From Candidatus Electrothrix sp. GW3-4 (lineage in GTDB: Bacteria > Desulfobacterota > Desulfobulbia > Desulfobulbales > Desulfobulbaceae), in contig NZ_CP147990.1 of assembly GCF_037902255.1 (NCBI RefSeq), positions 1,350,001-1,382,000 on the forward strand: a stretch of DNA of 32,000 nucleotides, in the 5' to 3' direction. Both the position numbers and the translations under genes were made by a program. Below are positions 31,617 through 32,000 of this stretch, one piece after another. The notes beneath the pieces were generated by a model. That model was not told the DNA's origin and ran no database searches. It saw nothing but the letters and a program-made list of their open reading frames with translations. The stretch's first letter is position 1. Every line of letters starts with the position of its first letter.

Positions 31617-32000
31617 TCAGATGCTTGGGCTGGGATTTGTAGGGAAAGTCGGAGTCCTTGTAGGCGTAGAAGAGCTGCTCTTTGATGAGCTTGAACTCTG
31701 TGAAGGTGACGAGCTTTGCGAAGATGATGCAGCAGGCGTAGTTGCTTCAGGGGAAGACGGAGCAGGAGCATCGTCATCATCGTCATCAAAATACTCATAA
31801 ACACCCCAAGCGGCAGTGCCAGCAACAGCAGTGGCAGCAATAATTTCTCCGTTACTCCACCAGATTGCACCAGCTTTGTCATCATCATCTTCTTCTTCCG
31901 CTGGTGGAAGGGTATCGTCAGCAAGAGGTTCCCCCATGTCTACCTGGGCAAGCAAAATATAATTATTACTGTCAACAGTCTTGGCACCTTCTACGGTATC
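31617..32000 (-). CDS. C-terminal part of a protein with an acidic-hydrophobic-acidic segment and a Ser/Thr/Pro-rich tail (5' end outside the window)
   Basis: The frame of ORF 31617-31955 stays open upstream to position 32000 (15 more sense codons), and the track's start is a TTG. The sequence reads '...EEEDDDDKAGAIWWSNGEIIAATAVAGTAAWGVYEYFDDDDDDAPAPSSPEATTPAASSSQSSSPSQSSSSSKSSSSTPTRTPTFPTNPSPSI'. Other frames are also open here, so the frame choice is tentative. Confidence 0.4.
   Translation of the reverse strand, partial: DTVEGAKTVDSNNYILLAQVDMGEPLADDTLPPAEEEDDDDKAGAIWWSNGEIIAATAVAGTAAWGVYEYFDDDDDDAPAPSSPEATTPAASSSQSSSPSQSSSSSKSSSSTPTRTPTFPTNPSPSI

Noticed and set aside
31546-31924. Alternative ORFs in the low-complexity region (84 aa on + at 31546-31800; 109 aa on - at 31595-31924)
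   Set aside because: All are by-products of the repetitive GAT/GAA/AGC-rich sequence. Only the 31617 frame continues open to the window edge. The frame choice is still flagged as uncertain.
1-32000. CRISPR arrays, rRNA or tRNA genes, integrase- or transposase-encoding mobile elements
   Set aside because: I saw no regularly spaced direct repeats, no tRNA-like T-arm/acceptor signatures and no recombinase-like ORF. The only mobile-element signal is the decayed group II intron.

Overview
By eye this 32-kb window comes from a diderm (Gram-negative) bacterium. It holds about 25 protein genes, one decayed mobile intron, and no rRNA, tRNA or CRISPR array that I could recognise.

Left part, mostly minus strand:
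- A Roc/COR small GTPase (1-1323). It runs off the left edge and is missing from the ORF track; the 279-aa + ORF there is its antisense shadow.
- A HepT/MntA type VII toxin-antitoxin pair.
- A lipid-flavoured operon: DUF2721, a CDP-alcohol phosphatidyltransferase and an exported SRPBCC protein.
- A small secreted protein, a FabL-like enoyl-ACP reductase and a DUF362 protein.

Middle part, plus strand:
- ilvB and ilvN with a near-consensus sigma70 promoter and an intrinsic terminator, followed by a short-form phosphatidylserine decarboxylase.
- An unexplained two-gene cassette encoding a coiled-coil protein and a cytoplasmic vWA (MIDAS) protein.
- A minus-strand group II intron (about 11934-12770). 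Its ribozyme ends and domain V look intact, but its reverse-transcriptase ORF is frameshifted and internally deleted.
- Two tandem modules of TonB-dependent receptor, DUF4198 periplasmic protein and terminator. The last 304 nt of the two DUF4198 genes are about 90 percent identical, and the terminators are also conserved.

Right part, visibly more AT-rich (an envelope/glycan island):
- A GT-C/TPR (TMTC/PMT-like) membrane protein.
- A secreted tandem beta-sandwich protein translationally coupled to a short, divergent adenylosuccinate-synthetase (PurA/PurZ-like) paralog.
- A membrane J-domain protein coupled to a TPR/jelly-roll protein.
- A Wzc-type tyrosine autokinase, a Wzy_C/O-antigen-ligase-family protein and a Wza-type exporter.
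- An edge-truncated gene ending in an acidic-hydrophobic-acidic segment and a mucin-like Ser/Thr/Pro tail.

The most promising candidates for undescribed biology are:
1. The PurA-like enzyme embedded in the glycan/envelope island.
2. A possible protein O-glycosylation set: the GT-C/TPR protein, the Wzy_C protein and the S/T/P-tailed protein.
3. The coiled-coil plus vWA cassette.
4. The Roc-COR GTPase next to the TA module.

All functional calls rest on motif recognition by eye. No database search was run.
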